Below are positions 55,174-64,000 of a stretch of 64,000 bases of DNA, in pieces (positions within the stretch are counted from its first letter, which is position 1; every line of letters starts with the position of its first letter). The stretch is from an uncultured Bacteroidales bacterium. GTDB taxonomy: Bacteria; Bacteroidota; Bacteroidia; Bacteroidales; UBA1715. The position numbers and the translations under genes were made by a program. The stretch covers positions 13,653 through 77,652 of the forward strand of contig CALAUG010000021.1 of assembly GCA_937892155.1 (NCBI GenBank). Direction: 5' to 3'. A model generated the notes under the pieces. The model saw nothing but the letters and a program-made list of their open reading frames with translations, made no database searches and was not told the DNA's origin.

Positions 55174-56586
55174 TCATTTTTCGCCGAAAAACTCTTTCTT
55201 GAAATTTACGAGGTAAATTTTTTCTGTTGCACGGGTGAATGCCGTGTAAAGCCAGCGGAGAAAGTCTGTATCTACCATTTCTTCTGTGAAATATCCATGG
55301 TCAATATATACGTGCTTCCATTGACCGCCTTGTGCTTTGTGGCAGGTGACGGCATAGGCGAATTTAATTTGTAATGCGTTGAAATATGGATTTTTTTTGA
55401 TTTGCTCGTATAGCGTTTTCTTGTTTTTTATTTCGGGATAGTCGGCACAGACTTCGTTGTAGAATTTCGTTCCTTCTTCGTACGTCAACGATGGCGATTC
55501 TGATGAAAGTGTGTTCAAAAGCACTTTAACGTCAAGTTCTAAATCGTGGTAGTCGGGAAAACGGAGAGTGACGTCTGCGAAATCAAATCCATACATAGAT
55601 TCGTGTCCTTTTATGGACACAATTTCGGCAATGTCGCCGTTTGCAATAAATGGTACATCCTTGTTGTTTTCGGTCCAAAAATAATTGTTCTTTACAATCA
55701 TAATGTAGTCTCCGCGGCTTATGGTGGATTCTTTCCAGAGAATCATCCGCCGTATGCCTTCGTTGTAGCGGTTTGCCAATTTGTTGGAACGAGTGATGAC
55801 GATAGTGTCCTGGATACCTACTTTCGACTGTGATTTTTCCAAGGCGTCAAGCAACATGCTTCCGTCAATACGTTCAACATCGTCAAATATCTGTAACTGT
55901 GGTAGAGAAATGGTATTACTGTCCAATAAATTTCTGATGTTTGTGGCATTAATCAAAATGCCCGAATTTTCAGCTTGTCGTATGATGTTGGTCAGTCGGG
56001 TCGATGTCGCTTTTTTGAAAAAATTTTGTTCGAGATATTCAACATTAAGCGCTGGTGATTCCGAAACGCCGATAGGAGGAAGTTGGGCAGTATCGCCCAT
56101 AAGAATGAGTTTGCAGTTGTGGTCGTTAAAGATGAATTGAAATAAATCTTCCAAAACGGAACCTGAGCCAAAAATAGCATTCTCTCCAACTTTGTCCGAT
56201 AACATTGACGCTTCGTCAACGATGTACACCATATTCTTGTCGGCGTTGAAATTCATTCCGAACTTTTGAACACCATTTTGAATATTTTTTTGTCTATAAA
56301 TTTTTTTATGAACGGTATAGGCAGGTTTTTCTGTGTAGTTAGCAAGAACTTTTGCTGCACGCCCGGTGGGAGCAAGCAGCATATATTGCATTTCAATATC
56401 TTGTAATGTGTCGATGACGGATTTTATGAGCGTTGTCTTTCCTGTACCAGCAAATCCGTTGATGATAAATATTTCATTTTCGGAAGTAAGAAATCCCGCT
56501 AATGCTGTGAATGTTTTCCTTTGGTCGTCGGTTGGCTCAAAGGAAAAATTCTTTAATAATTTCTTCTCTATGTAATCCTTTAGCAT
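55174..56586 (-). CDS. RecD/TraA-like SF1 DNA helicase
   Basis: Walker A GFAGTGKTT, VDEASM, GDTAQLPP, and C-terminal CHKAQGGQW. Start trimmed to ATG 56586. Confidence 0.85.
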   Translation of the reverse strand: MLKDYIEKKLLKNFSFEPTDDQRKTFTALAGFLTSENEIFIINGFAGTGKTTLIKSVIDTLQDIEMQYMLLAPTGRAAKVLANYTEKPAYTVHKKIYRQKNIQNGVQKFGMNFNADKNMVYIVDEASMLSDKVGENAIFGSGSVLEDLFQFIFNDHNCKLILMGDTAQLPPIGVSESPALNVEYLEQNFFKKATSTRLTNIIRQAENSGILINATNIRNLLDSNTISLPQLQIFDDVERIDGSMLLDALEKSQSKVGIQDTIVITRSNKLANRYNEGIRRMILWKESTISRGDYIMIVKNNYFWTENNKDVPFIANGDIAEIVSIKGHESMYGFDFADVTLRFPDYHDLELDVKVLLNTLSSESPSLTYEEGTKFYNEVCADYPEIKNKKTLYEQIKKNPYFNALQIKFAYAVTCHKAQGGQWKHVYIDHGYFTEEMVDTDFLRWLYTAFTRATEKIYLVNFKKEFFGEK

Positions 56587-56680
56587 TTGTTGAAAAATTC
56601 TTTGTAATAGTAGCAATAAAAACCTCAAAATGTCTTATGTTTGTAGAGGTTTTTTACAAAATTATAAACTATTAGGAAAA

Positions 56681-57301
56681 ATGAATAAAGGTCTAAAAAT
56701 TGGTATCGAAGCAGCGCTTGCTGTTGTTATTGTTGTGCTAGTCTATTTAATTTATAACACGGTAAATGTTGATATTTACTTCGGTGAGGAAAAAGCCAAA
56801 AGAGAAAAGATGGTGATTCAGAAGTTGGAAGACGCGAGAGAATTGCAATATGCATACGAACAAAAATATGGCAAATATGCCGATAAATGGGACGAATTGA
56901 TTCGTTTTGCCAAAGAAGATTCGTTGGAATTTACGAAAACCATAGGTGATATAGAAGATTCTGTTGAAGTTGCAGAAGGTCGTGCTTGGCAGGAAAAGGT
57001 TAAAATTCCTGCTTACGAAAAATTAATGGCTGATTCGTTGTTATCTGCAAATTTTGATTTGGATAATATTGCAAAAGTTCCTGGAACAGATAAGGAATTT
57101 GAAATCGCTGCTGGTGAAATTACTTCTGGTGGTGCTAAGATTGCTACATTCCAAATGGGAGTTCTTTGGGATGATTTGTTGCCAGACTTAGACCGTCAGT
57201 TGGTTGTTAATACGAAAGAATATTCTAAAAAGAAGAGCGGATACGAAGGCCTGAGAATCGGTAAGATTGATGAGGCTTCGACGGACGGTAACTGGCAATA
57301 A
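56681..57301 (+). CDS. hypothetical N-terminally membrane-anchored protein
   Basis: MNKGLKIGIEAALAVVIVVLVYLIY anchor. Immediately followed by the next gene. Confidence 0.55.
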   Translation: MNKGLKIGIEAALAVVIVVLVYLIYNTVNVDIYFGEEKAKREKMVIQKLEDARELQYAYEQKYGKYADKWDELIRFAKEDSLEFTKTIGDIEDSVEVAEGRAWQEKVKIPAYEKLMADSLLSANFDLDNIAKVPGTDKEFEIAAGEITSGGAKIATFQMGVLWDDLLPDLDRQLVVNTKEYSKKKSGYEGLRIGKIDEASTDGNWQ

Positions 57302-57302
57302 T

Positions 57303-58112
57303 ATGCAGGATTTATCATTTGTCTCTGAAACATATTCCAAACGCAAACCAAAAGATTGTCGTTTGTCAATTTCGGTTCGCCGTGATGGCTTTTCATTTTT
57401 AATCCAACATAAACAAAACGTAGAAGCATACGCATATACTATAGTTCCTTCTCGGGATAAGGAGGAAGCTTTCCGGAATTTTCTGTCTCAGGAAATCCTA
57501 CAACAAAAATTTGGAGCTGTAACTGTTATAATTGTAACAGATAGGTACACGTTGGTTCCCAAATCATTTTACAGCGATTCTATGGTGAATTCGTATGCCA
57601 ATTTTAATTTTTCAACCAAGGAATCAGAGGCGGTTATTTCGTATGAATCTATAAATACCGATGCGGTGGTTTTGTTCCCGATAGAAACTGCAATCTGGTC
57701 TCTATGCCGTTCCACATTCAAGGCACAGGAAATGGTGTCGTATATACCGCAGGTGGCTCCAATAATGGAAGCAAATTTCAAGACAAAAGGTGAAAAGTTG
57801 TGTGTGTCGGTTGAAAATACTTATTTCACGTCATTGTTTGTAAAAGATAAGCAAATTCGTTTTTCAAACGTGTTTAAATTCAAGAATGTGAATGATTTTA
57901 CATTCTATATCATGAACATTTTTGAACAGTTACACCTTGATCCACTCAAAGTTACTGTTGAACTTTCAGGAAAAATCACTAAGAAATCACCGCATTTTGC
58001 CGCTCTGTGTGTTTTTGTGAAACATGTGACTATAGTGCCTTCCTCGGTTACGTTGCCAAAATTTCCTCATATGTTGTTCTATAACCACTTAAATTCAGCA
58101 TTATGCGAATAA
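57303..58112 (+). CDS. DUF3822-like hypothetical protein
   Basis: About 270 aa directly upstream of and overlapping rsmD, as I recall for DUF3822 in Bacteroidota. Assignment rests on context and rough sequence resemblance only. Confidence 0.5.
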   Translation: MQDLSFVSETYSKRKPKDCRLSISVRRDGFSFLIQHKQNVEAYAYTIVPSRDKEEAFRNFLSQEILQQKFGAVTVIIVTDRYTLVPKSFYSDSMVNSYANFNFSTKESEAVISYESINTDAVVLFPIETAIWSLCRSTFKAQEMVSYIPQVAPIMEANFKTKGEKLCVSVENTYFTSLFVKDKQIRFSNVFKFKNVNDFTFYIMNIFEQLHLDPLKVTVELSGKITKKSPHFAALCVFVKHVTIVPSSVTLPKFPHMLFYNHLNSALCE

Positions 58113-58639
58113 TAAGTGGGGAATTCAGAGGAAGGACGATACAAGCTCCCAAAAATTTTGAACTTCGTCCAACAACCGATATGGCGAAGGAGGGTTTGTT
58201 CAATATTCTTAATAATGAATTTGATTTCTCCGAAATAAGTGTTTTGGATTTGTTTTCGGGTATTGGGAGTATTTCTTTTGAGTGCGCTTCTCGCGGTTGT
58301 ACCGATGTGGTAAGCGTAGAAATGAATGCGAAACATGCAGCGTTTATAAAACAAACATCTCATTTACTGCATATACAAGGACATAAGGTTTTAACCTCGG
58401 AAACACGTGATTTTCTGAAGATTGCCAATCGTCCGTTTGATTTGATTTTTGCTGATCCGCCATACAATTTGCCGTGGCTGTCGGATGTACCAAATTTGAT
58501 TTTTGCTAGTAAGGCTGTTTCTGCCGATACGCTTGTCGTTGTTGAACATCCAGGTGAGGTGGATTTTTCTCAACATCCTAATTTTGCACGTTTGTGTAGA
58601 TATGGAAAAGTACATTTTTCGTTTTTTAGAACTAAATAA
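58103..58639 (+). CDS. rsmD: 16S rRNA (guanine966-N2)-methyltransferase
   Basis: MRIISGEFRGR...RPTTD...LDLFSGIGS...DPPY motifs. Confidence 0.9.
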   Translation: MRIISGEFRGRTIQAPKNFELRPTTDMAKEGLFNILNNEFDFSEISVLDLFSGIGSISFECASRGCTDVVSVEMNAKHAAFIKQTSHLLHIQGHKVLTSETRDFLKIANRPFDLIFADPPYNLPWLSDVPNLIFASKAVSADTLVVVEHPGEVDFSQHPNFARLCRYGKVHFSFFRTK

Positions 58640-58646
58640 TATTATT

Positions 58647-59210
58647 ATGAAAAAAGTTGTAAGTATTTTCGCTGTTGTGTTATTTTCTATAGCTTCGTTT
58701 GCTCAGGAAGAAGAAAAAACTAATCATCAGTTTATTGGTGTTGCAATGAGTGCATGGAATAATTCCGATGCTGGTTATAAAACGGTTCAATTTCAACCGA
58801 AATATGGTTACCATTTCAATCAATGGTTTGCTTTGGGTATTACGTTCGATTATGCGTTTGCTAACGATGAAAATGCGAAAGGAAAGAGTAATATGTATGG
58901 CATCAATCCGTTTATTCGTTTGAAATATGTTTGTCCTGAAAAAAGTACAAATCCAATAATTTTGTTCGCCGATTTAGGTGTAAATTATAGTGTTACCAAG
59001 TTCAATGATAAAGGATATTCCGACGAAATAAATATGTATGTTGGTGCTCGTCCTGGTATTGCATACGTCTTGAGTAGCCGTTTCAGTATTGCTGCATATT
59101 TTGGATTTATTGGCTACCGTCATGCTGATGTGCCAGTAACTACTAATAATGGTAGTGGTTTCACATTGTCAACCAATGGTTTGTCGTTAGGATTGAATAT
59201 TCACTTCTAA
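58647..59210 (+). CDS. outer-membrane beta-barrel protein
   Basis: Signal peptide MKKVVSIFAVVLFSIASFAQ, alternating aromatic/Gly beta-strand pattern, and C-terminal ...LGLNIHF. Confidence 0.7.
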   Translation: MKKVVSIFAVVLFSIASFAQEEEKTNHQFIGVAMSAWNNSDAGYKTVQFQPKYGYHFNQWFALGITFDYAFANDENAKGKSNMYGINPFIRLKYVCPEKSTNPIILFADLGVNYSVTKFNDKGYSDEINMYVGARPGIAYVLSSRFSIAAYFGFIGYRHADVPVTTNNGSGFTLSTNGLSLGLNIHF

Positions 59211-59229
59211 TATCCCATTTTGAGTTGAA

Positions 59230-60057
59230 ATGAAGAAACTACTTTTGCTCATTTCACTTTTTTTTGTCGTCACTGTTTCATATTCGCAGGATTTACGTCC
59301 TGTGGTAGTGCAGGATGGTGTACTCGTGTATAAAGGCGAGTATGGCGATATGCTCGTGTATTATAATCAAAAAGAAGTTGACCAGAAGGAAGGACAATGG
59401 GGATTTATAGATAAAAAAGGAAACGTGGTTATTCCTGTTCAATTTGACGACGCAAATTATTTTAGTTGTAGTCTGGCCTGCGTTAAGAAAAATGATAGGT
59501 ATGGCTACATTGATACTACAGGAAAAGTTGTGGTTTATTATTTCTTTGATGAAGCAAATTCATTTGATCCTGATAATGGACTTGCTTTGGTGAAACGTTC
59601 TGGCAAATGGGGATGGATAAATCATTATGGCGATTATGTGGTAAAGTGCCGGTTCGAAATGGCTTGTCCGTTTATTGATGGTTTTGCTATGGTTAAGTTG
59701 AACGGGAAATACGGTTACATTGATAAAAAAGGAAAATTTGTGGTTCCATGCCGTTTTGATAATCTGAGTCCTTTTGGTGAAGGTGGTATGGCAATGGTTG
59801 AACAAGGTGGAAAATGGGGATTTGTGGATACACTCGGAACTATTCCTATTGCTTGTCAGTTTGATTCGGAAATGCTGTTTCAGGAAGGACTTTCAGCCGT
59901 GAAGCAGGGCAATAAATGGGGCTTCGTTAATACGAGTGGAATTTTTGTTATTCCGGCAGAGTACGATTATGTTGAATCATTCTTTAAAGGCAAAGCCTTG
60001 GTTGAAATAGACGATGAACAATTCTATATCAATAAAAAAGGTGAAATTGTAAAATAA
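59230..60057 (+). CDS. WG-repeat (KWG) protein, secreted
   Basis: Repeated WGFIDKKGNVVIPxQFDxA.xF..G.A.V units and a signal peptide. Confidence 0.8.
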   Translation: MKKLLLLISLFFVVTVSYSQDLRPVVVQDGVLVYKGEYGDMLVYYNQKEVDQKEGQWGFIDKKGNVVIPVQFDDANYFSCSLACVKKNDRYGYIDTTGKVVVYYFFDEANSFDPDNGLALVKRSGKWGWINHYGDYVVKCRFEMACPFIDGFAMVKLNGKYGYIDKKGKFVVPCRFDNLSPFGEGGMAMVEQGGKWGFVDTLGTIPIACQFDSEMLFQEGLSAVKQGNKWGFVNTSGIFVIPAEYDYVESFFKGKALVEIDDEQFYINKKGEIVK

Positions 60058-60072
60058 AGAAATATTGACGAC

Positions 60073-60106
60073 AAAAAAAGCGAACCAATTTGATTCGCTT
60101 TTTGTC
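60073..60106. terminator. bidirectional terminator between the WG-repeat gene and guaA
   Basis: aaaaagcgaa (60075-60084) pairs with ttcgcttttt (60094-60103) around a 9-nt loop. A/T runs on both sides. Confidence 0.55.
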
Positions 60107-60114
60107 AATAATTT

Positions 60115-61719
60115 CTATTCCCACTCAATTGTTGAAGGTGGTTTCGACGAAATGTCGTAGCATACGCGGTTTACACCTTTCACTTTATTTATAATGTCGT
60201 TGGAAACTTTTGCCATAAATTCGTATGGAAGATGAGCCCAATCTGCTGTCATTGCATCGGTACTGGTAACCGCACGAAGCGCAACGGCTCTTTCGTATGT
60301 TCTTTCGTCGCCCATTACGCCTACGCTCTTAATTGGCAATAGAATTACACCAGCTTGCCAAATTTGGTCGTATAGTGAAACTTCTATTTCTCCATTTGTC
60401 ATATTTGCAGGAACACCAGCAGCAAGAACTTTACGAGCTTCTTCGCCAGAAAGTTTCACTTTCCAATCTCTCAAACCTTGAATGAAAATATCATCGGCAT
60501 CTTGAAGGATACGAACTTTTTCTCTTGTTATATCTCCAAGAATACGTACAGCCAAACCTGGTCCAGGGAATGGGTGACGGGTAATCAAATGTTCTGGCAT
60601 ACCAAGTTGACGACCAACACGACGAACTTCGTCTTTGAACAACCATTTTAATGGCTCACATAGTTTCAAGTTCATTTTTTCTGGCAAACCACCTACGTTG
60701 TGATGGCTCTTGATAACCATACCCGTAATGCTCAAACTTTCAATTCTATCAGGATAGATTGTTCCTTGTGCCAACCATTTTGCATCGGTAATTTTTTGTG
60801 CTTCGGCATCAAAAACGTCAATGAAACCTGCACCGATAATTTTACGTTTGCGTTCTGGTTCTGTAACACCTTCCAATTCTTTGAAGAATTTGTCGCTTGC
60901 GTCAACGCCAATCACGTTCAAACCAAGACATTCGTAATCGTGAAGCACGTTTTTAGCCTCATTTTTACGCAACAATCCATGGTCAACAAAAATACACGTT
61001 AAATTTTTGCCAATAGCTTTGTTCAACAATACAGCAGCAACGGAAGAGTCAACACCACCACTCAAACCAAGAATTACACGGTCGTTGCCAAGTTGAGCTT
61101 TTAATTCTGCAACAGTGGTTTCAACAAACGAAGCAGGACTCCATGTTTGATGTCCGCCACAGATGTTTACCACGAAATTCTTTAATAATTGTGTTCCTTG
61201 AGTAGAGTGGAACACTTCTGGATGAAATTGTACACCCCAAACTTTTTCGCCTTCAAATTGATATGCGGCAAATTCAACTTTACTTGTTGATGCTATTTTT
61301 TTTGCACCGGTAGGTAATTTTGTAATTGTATCGCCGTGCGACATCCAAACTTGCGAATTGTCGTCCAAACCTTGTAACAAAGGATTGGTTTTGTCGAATG
61401 ATGACAAATTTGCACGTCCGTATTCACGTGTGCCTGCCGATTCAACTTTTCCACCATACGTTTGAGCCATAAATTGAGCTCCGTAGCAAATACCAAGAAT
61501 AGGATATTTTCCACGAATGTCGGTCAAGTCAACTTTAAATGATTTCTCGTCGTACACGCTGAAAGGCGATCCACTTAAAATTACTCCAATAACGTCTTTG
61601 TCATCTTTCGGAAATTTGTTGTAAGGAACGATTTCGCAGAACGTGTCCAACTCACGGACACGGCGTCCAATCAGCTGGGTTGTCTGTGAACCAAAGTCTA
61701 ATATTATAATTTTTTCCAT
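60115..61719 (-). CDS. guaA: GMP synthase (glutamine-hydrolysing)
   Basis: GATase GICYGAQ, PP-loop SGGVDSSV, and C-terminal PPSTIEWE. Confidence 0.96.
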   Translation of the reverse strand: MEKIIILDFGSQTTQLIGRRVRELDTFCEIVPYNKFPKDDKDVIGVILSGSPFSVYDEKSFKVDLTDIRGKYPILGICYGAQFMAQTYGGKVESAGTREYGRANLSSFDKTNPLLQGLDDNSQVWMSHGDTITKLPTGAKKIASTSKVEFAAYQFEGEKVWGVQFHPEVFHSTQGTQLLKNFVVNICGGHQTWSPASFVETTVAELKAQLGNDRVILGLSGGVDSSVAAVLLNKAIGKNLTCIFVDHGLLRKNEAKNVLHDYECLGLNVIGVDASDKFFKELEGVTEPERKRKIIGAGFIDVFDAEAQKITDAKWLAQGTIYPDRIESLSITGMVIKSHHNVGGLPEKMNLKLCEPLKWLFKDEVRRVGRQLGMPEHLITRHPFPGPGLAVRILGDITREKVRILQDADDIFIQGLRDWKVKLSGEEARKVLAAGVPANMTNGEIEVSLYDQIWQAGVILLPIKSVGVMGDERTYERAVALRAVTSTDAMTADWAHLPYEFMAKVSNDIINKVKGVNRVCYDISSKPPSTIEWE

Positions 61720-61884
61720 CGGTAAATGTATTACGCTGCAAAAGTAGTAAAAAGTTAAAAATTAAAAACTAAGAACTATGAATTAAAAGTTAGTATTTGG
61801 CGGTAAATTTCTTGATTAACGGCAGTCATCTGACAACTGATAGCTGAAAACTTTTATATTTGCGAAAAGTTTGTTAGTTCGAGG

Positions 61885-62625
61885 ATGGAAAAGAAAACCT
61901 CCGTTGATTATACTGTTTTAGTCCGTGATACGGATTTTTCCCTGCATTCGTCATTAGAATCGGTGGGAAATATATTTATGAATGCAGCTGGTCTTGATGC
62001 GGAACGCAAGGGCTTCGGCATGGACGCACTTCATAAACAAGGATTGGCCTGGGTTGCTTTACGCATATATATTAAAGTAAATTCATATCCGGCTGCGTTT
62101 GAGAAATTACAAGTTTCTACGTGGGTGGAAAATTGGACGAAACTTACAACACAAAGGGATTGTATTCTTTCTGATCTGGATGGAAAGACGCTTGTGGAGG
62201 TTTCTTCGTTGTGGGCTGTGATAGATTTTAATTCACGTCAGCCTGTGAATTTACAGGAAGCTTTGCCGTCGTATGGTCCATGGCTGTTGGATGAGAAGTT
62301 GTCGATTCGTCCACCGGAAAAGGTTCGTTTGTTGACAAATCCGGAATTGGTTGCAACAAGAAAAGTTGTGTATAGCGACATAGACAGCAATATGCACGCA
62401 ACTAGTTTTAAATATGTGTCGTGGATTTTAGATACAGTTCCGTTGGAAGTGTTCCAAAAACAGTTTGTTTCTGATTTTGAAATAAATTATGTGAAAGAAT
62501 GCCGTTACGGAGAAACTGTGCAGATTTTCCGTGAACAAATAGGAGAGAACGTCTATGCATACGATATTAGAAACCAAGAAAATAGTTCTCTCAACCGTTG
62601 TAAATTAACGTTTTCCAACTTATGA
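61885..62625 (+). CDS. acyl-ACP thioesterase
   Basis: 246 aa double hot-dog pattern (VRDTDFS..., W....V.S.WA.ID..SR.P, YSDID.N.H). TGA/ATG overlap with rsmA. Confidence 0.82.
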   Translation: MEKKTSVDYTVLVRDTDFSLHSSLESVGNIFMNAAGLDAERKGFGMDALHKQGLAWVALRIYIKVNSYPAAFEKLQVSTWVENWTKLTTQRDCILSDLDGKTLVEVSSLWAVIDFNSRQPVNLQEALPSYGPWLLDEKLSIRPPEKVRLLTNPELVATRKVVYSDIDSNMHATSFKYVSWILDTVPLEVFQKQFVSDFEINYVKECRYGETVQIFREQIGENVYAYDIRNQENSSLNRCKLTFSNL

Positions 62626-63410
62626 GTAAAACTCCCGTAAGAGCCAAAAAGAATTTGGGTCAGCATTTTTTGAGAAGTGGCGATACGGCCAAAAATATTG
62701 CTGATTGTTTGCCATTAGTCTGCGGAAATTGTTTGGAAATTGGTCCAGGAATGGGAATTTTAACTCAACATTTGTTAGATAAGCCTCTTCATTTGAAAGT
62801 CATTGAAATAGACGGCGAATCAATAGATTTTTTGCTTGCAAATTCTGTAATAGATCCCTTGCAATGTATTCAGGGCGATTTTTTGAAATTGCCGATGACG
62901 GAATTTTTTGGCGGTGAACAATTTATGGTGATGGGGAATTTCCCGTATAATATTTCCAGCCAGATAATGTTCAAAGTTATCGAAAACAGGGAACTTGTTC
63001 CAGCCGTTGCGGGAATGTTTCAACGCGAAGTTGCACGAAGGATTTGCTCTCCTGCAAGTTCCAAGGAGTATGGCATATTGTCGGTGCTGATACAGGCTTT
63101 TTATGATACCAAATATCATTTTACGGTCGATGAGAACGAATTTAATCCACCTCCCAAAGTTAAGTCTGGCGTGATTTCGATGGTACGCAAAGAAAATTAT
63201 ACCTTGCCATGCGATGAAGCTTTGTTTTTTGAGGTTGTAAAGACAAGTTTTAATCAACGACGGAAAACACTCAATAATTCGTTAAAAAAACTGCTCAAAG
63301 ACAAAAAATTGGACGAATCGGTGGGAATGAAACGCCCGGAACAGTTGTCGGTAGAGGATTTTATTGCATTAACAAACTATATTGCAAAAGAGGTTGGTAG
63401 TTGTCGGTAG
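62622..63410 (+). CDS. rsmA: 16S rRNA (adenine1518/1519-N6)-dimethyltransferase
   Basis: KKNLGQHFL, EIGPGMGILT and GNFPYNISS motifs. Confidence 0.93.
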   Translation: MSKTPVRAKKNLGQHFLRSGDTAKNIADCLPLVCGNCLEIGPGMGILTQHLLDKPLHLKVIEIDGESIDFLLANSVIDPLQCIQGDFLKLPMTEFFGGEQFMVMGNFPYNISSQIMFKVIENRELVPAVAGMFQREVARRICSPASSKEYGILSVLIQAFYDTKYHFTVDENEFNPPPKVKSGVISMVRKENYTLPCDEALFFEVVKTSFNQRRKTLNNSLKKLLKDKKLDESVGMKRPEQLSVEDFIALTNYIAKEVGSCR

Positions 63411-63438
63411 TTAGTTTTCTGATACTACAAATTGACAC

Positions 63439-64000
63439 TTATTCAACTTGAAAAAATTTCATACTTGAAATACTCATAAGTGAAACATTTGTGTAGTAGA
63501 ATTGAAGTATTTCTTTGTATGTAAATCCTTGTCGTGCCATTTCCATTGCGCCTTCCTGCGACATTCCAACGCCGTGACCGAAGCCTTTTCCATACAACAC
63601 AACGACTTCGTCACGCGAATCTATGCAGAAAAATGTTGATTTTAGTTTCCATTCCTTGCGTACCGTTGTCAGTAACACCAGTGAGTCGGTACAGTCGGTT
63701 GCTAGGTATTTTTTTCGGGTTGGTTGCTCAAACGACAAGTCCGTAGAATCGGCGAGTGGGTAGCCTTTGGATTGTAAATATAATTCCCATTGCTTACGTG
63801 GAATTGTTTTTGACCATTCGTAGCCTGGTTGTCCAACGCTGTAAGGGTCTTCTTTGCTTCGTAAATAGGGGATTGATTTGTGCCAGACATCTTCGCTGTT
63901 GCAGGTTTCCCCTCCAGAATTTGCGTAAAAGGTCGCTTCAATAAGGTTCTTGTTTTGGTCAACTAGAACCAATCCCTTGGTTGCATTGGTTGCTTCAAGA
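63439..64000 (-). CDS. SpoIID/LytB domain protein, C-terminal part (gene continues past window end)
   Basis: EATFYANSGGETCNSEDVW and GFGHGVGMSQEGA motifs. The track Met at 63972 is a TTG codon, and the frame stays open to 64000. Confidence 0.8.
   Translation of the reverse strand, partial: LEATNATKGLVLVDQNKNLIEATFYANSGGETCNSEDVWHKSIPYLRSKEDPYSVGQPGYEWSKTIPRKQWELYLQSKGYPLADSTDLSFEQPTRKKYLATDCTDSLVLLTTVRKEWKLKSTFFCIDSRDEVVVLYGKGFGHGVGMSQEGAMEMARQGFTYKEILQFYYTNVSLMSISSMKFFQVE

Noticed and set aside
61720-61884. Possible purine/guanine riboswitch upstream of guaA
   Set aside because: The 165-nt divergent region shows none of the conserved purine-riboswitch junction sequences or the paired P2/P3 loops. 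There is no convincing structure.

Overview
The window is a 64 kb AT-rich chromosomal segment that looks like Bacteroidota, probably an anaerobic Bacteroidales-type organism. This is inferred from a T9SS type-B C-terminal sorting domain, a Y_Y_Y/beta-propeller sensor, PPi-dependent PFK, NfnAB, a GH94 phosphorylase, a DUF3822-rsmD arrangement and many lipobox lipoproteins. Coding density is high: I support about 60 CDS, mostly housekeeping (prmA, pfp, nfnAB, gdhA, ileS-dksA-lspA, mutS2, mnmE, nadD, cinA, miaA, rsmD, guaA, rsmA). By eye I found no rRNA, tRNA, CRISPR array, transposase or integrase. Several track ORFs begin at TTG or GTG, and I trimmed these to the most plausible ATG. Two adjacent accessory patches stand out. 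(1) At 15.2-21.9 kb on the minus strand, eleven tightly spaced co-directional genes form a block: two small lipoprotein paralogs, a WG-repeat lipoprotein, a TerB-like/double-zinc-ribbon membrane protein, a YdjI-type SPFH protein with a Met/Gly/Asn/Gln-rich linker and a C-terminal GYF_2 domain, an 11-mer-repeat lipoprotein, small TM and amphipathic proteins, and a stand-alone GYF_2 protein. The block ends in a BacNav-like voltage-gated cation channel with an unusual TGEDWTD pore filter, followed by the only strong terminator. I do not recognise this combination as a named system, and it is my top candidate for something undescribed. (2) At 22.0-28.4 kb there is a 33-bp tandem repeat array, an AAA/DUF4143 ATPase, two tandem membrane Ser/Thr kinases sharing a 540-bp perfectly identical core between diverged ends, an orphan divergent gene and a RhuM-family protein. 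Other points of interest are a Y-family polymerase/YolD pair with a GTGA start/stop overlap, a periplasmic-propeller sensor fused to a PP2C phosphatase, and an ELP3-like radical SAM gene overlapping a small gene for a possible guanidino-modifying-fold (GME) protein, a weak call. All functional calls come from motif recognition by eye; no database search was possible.
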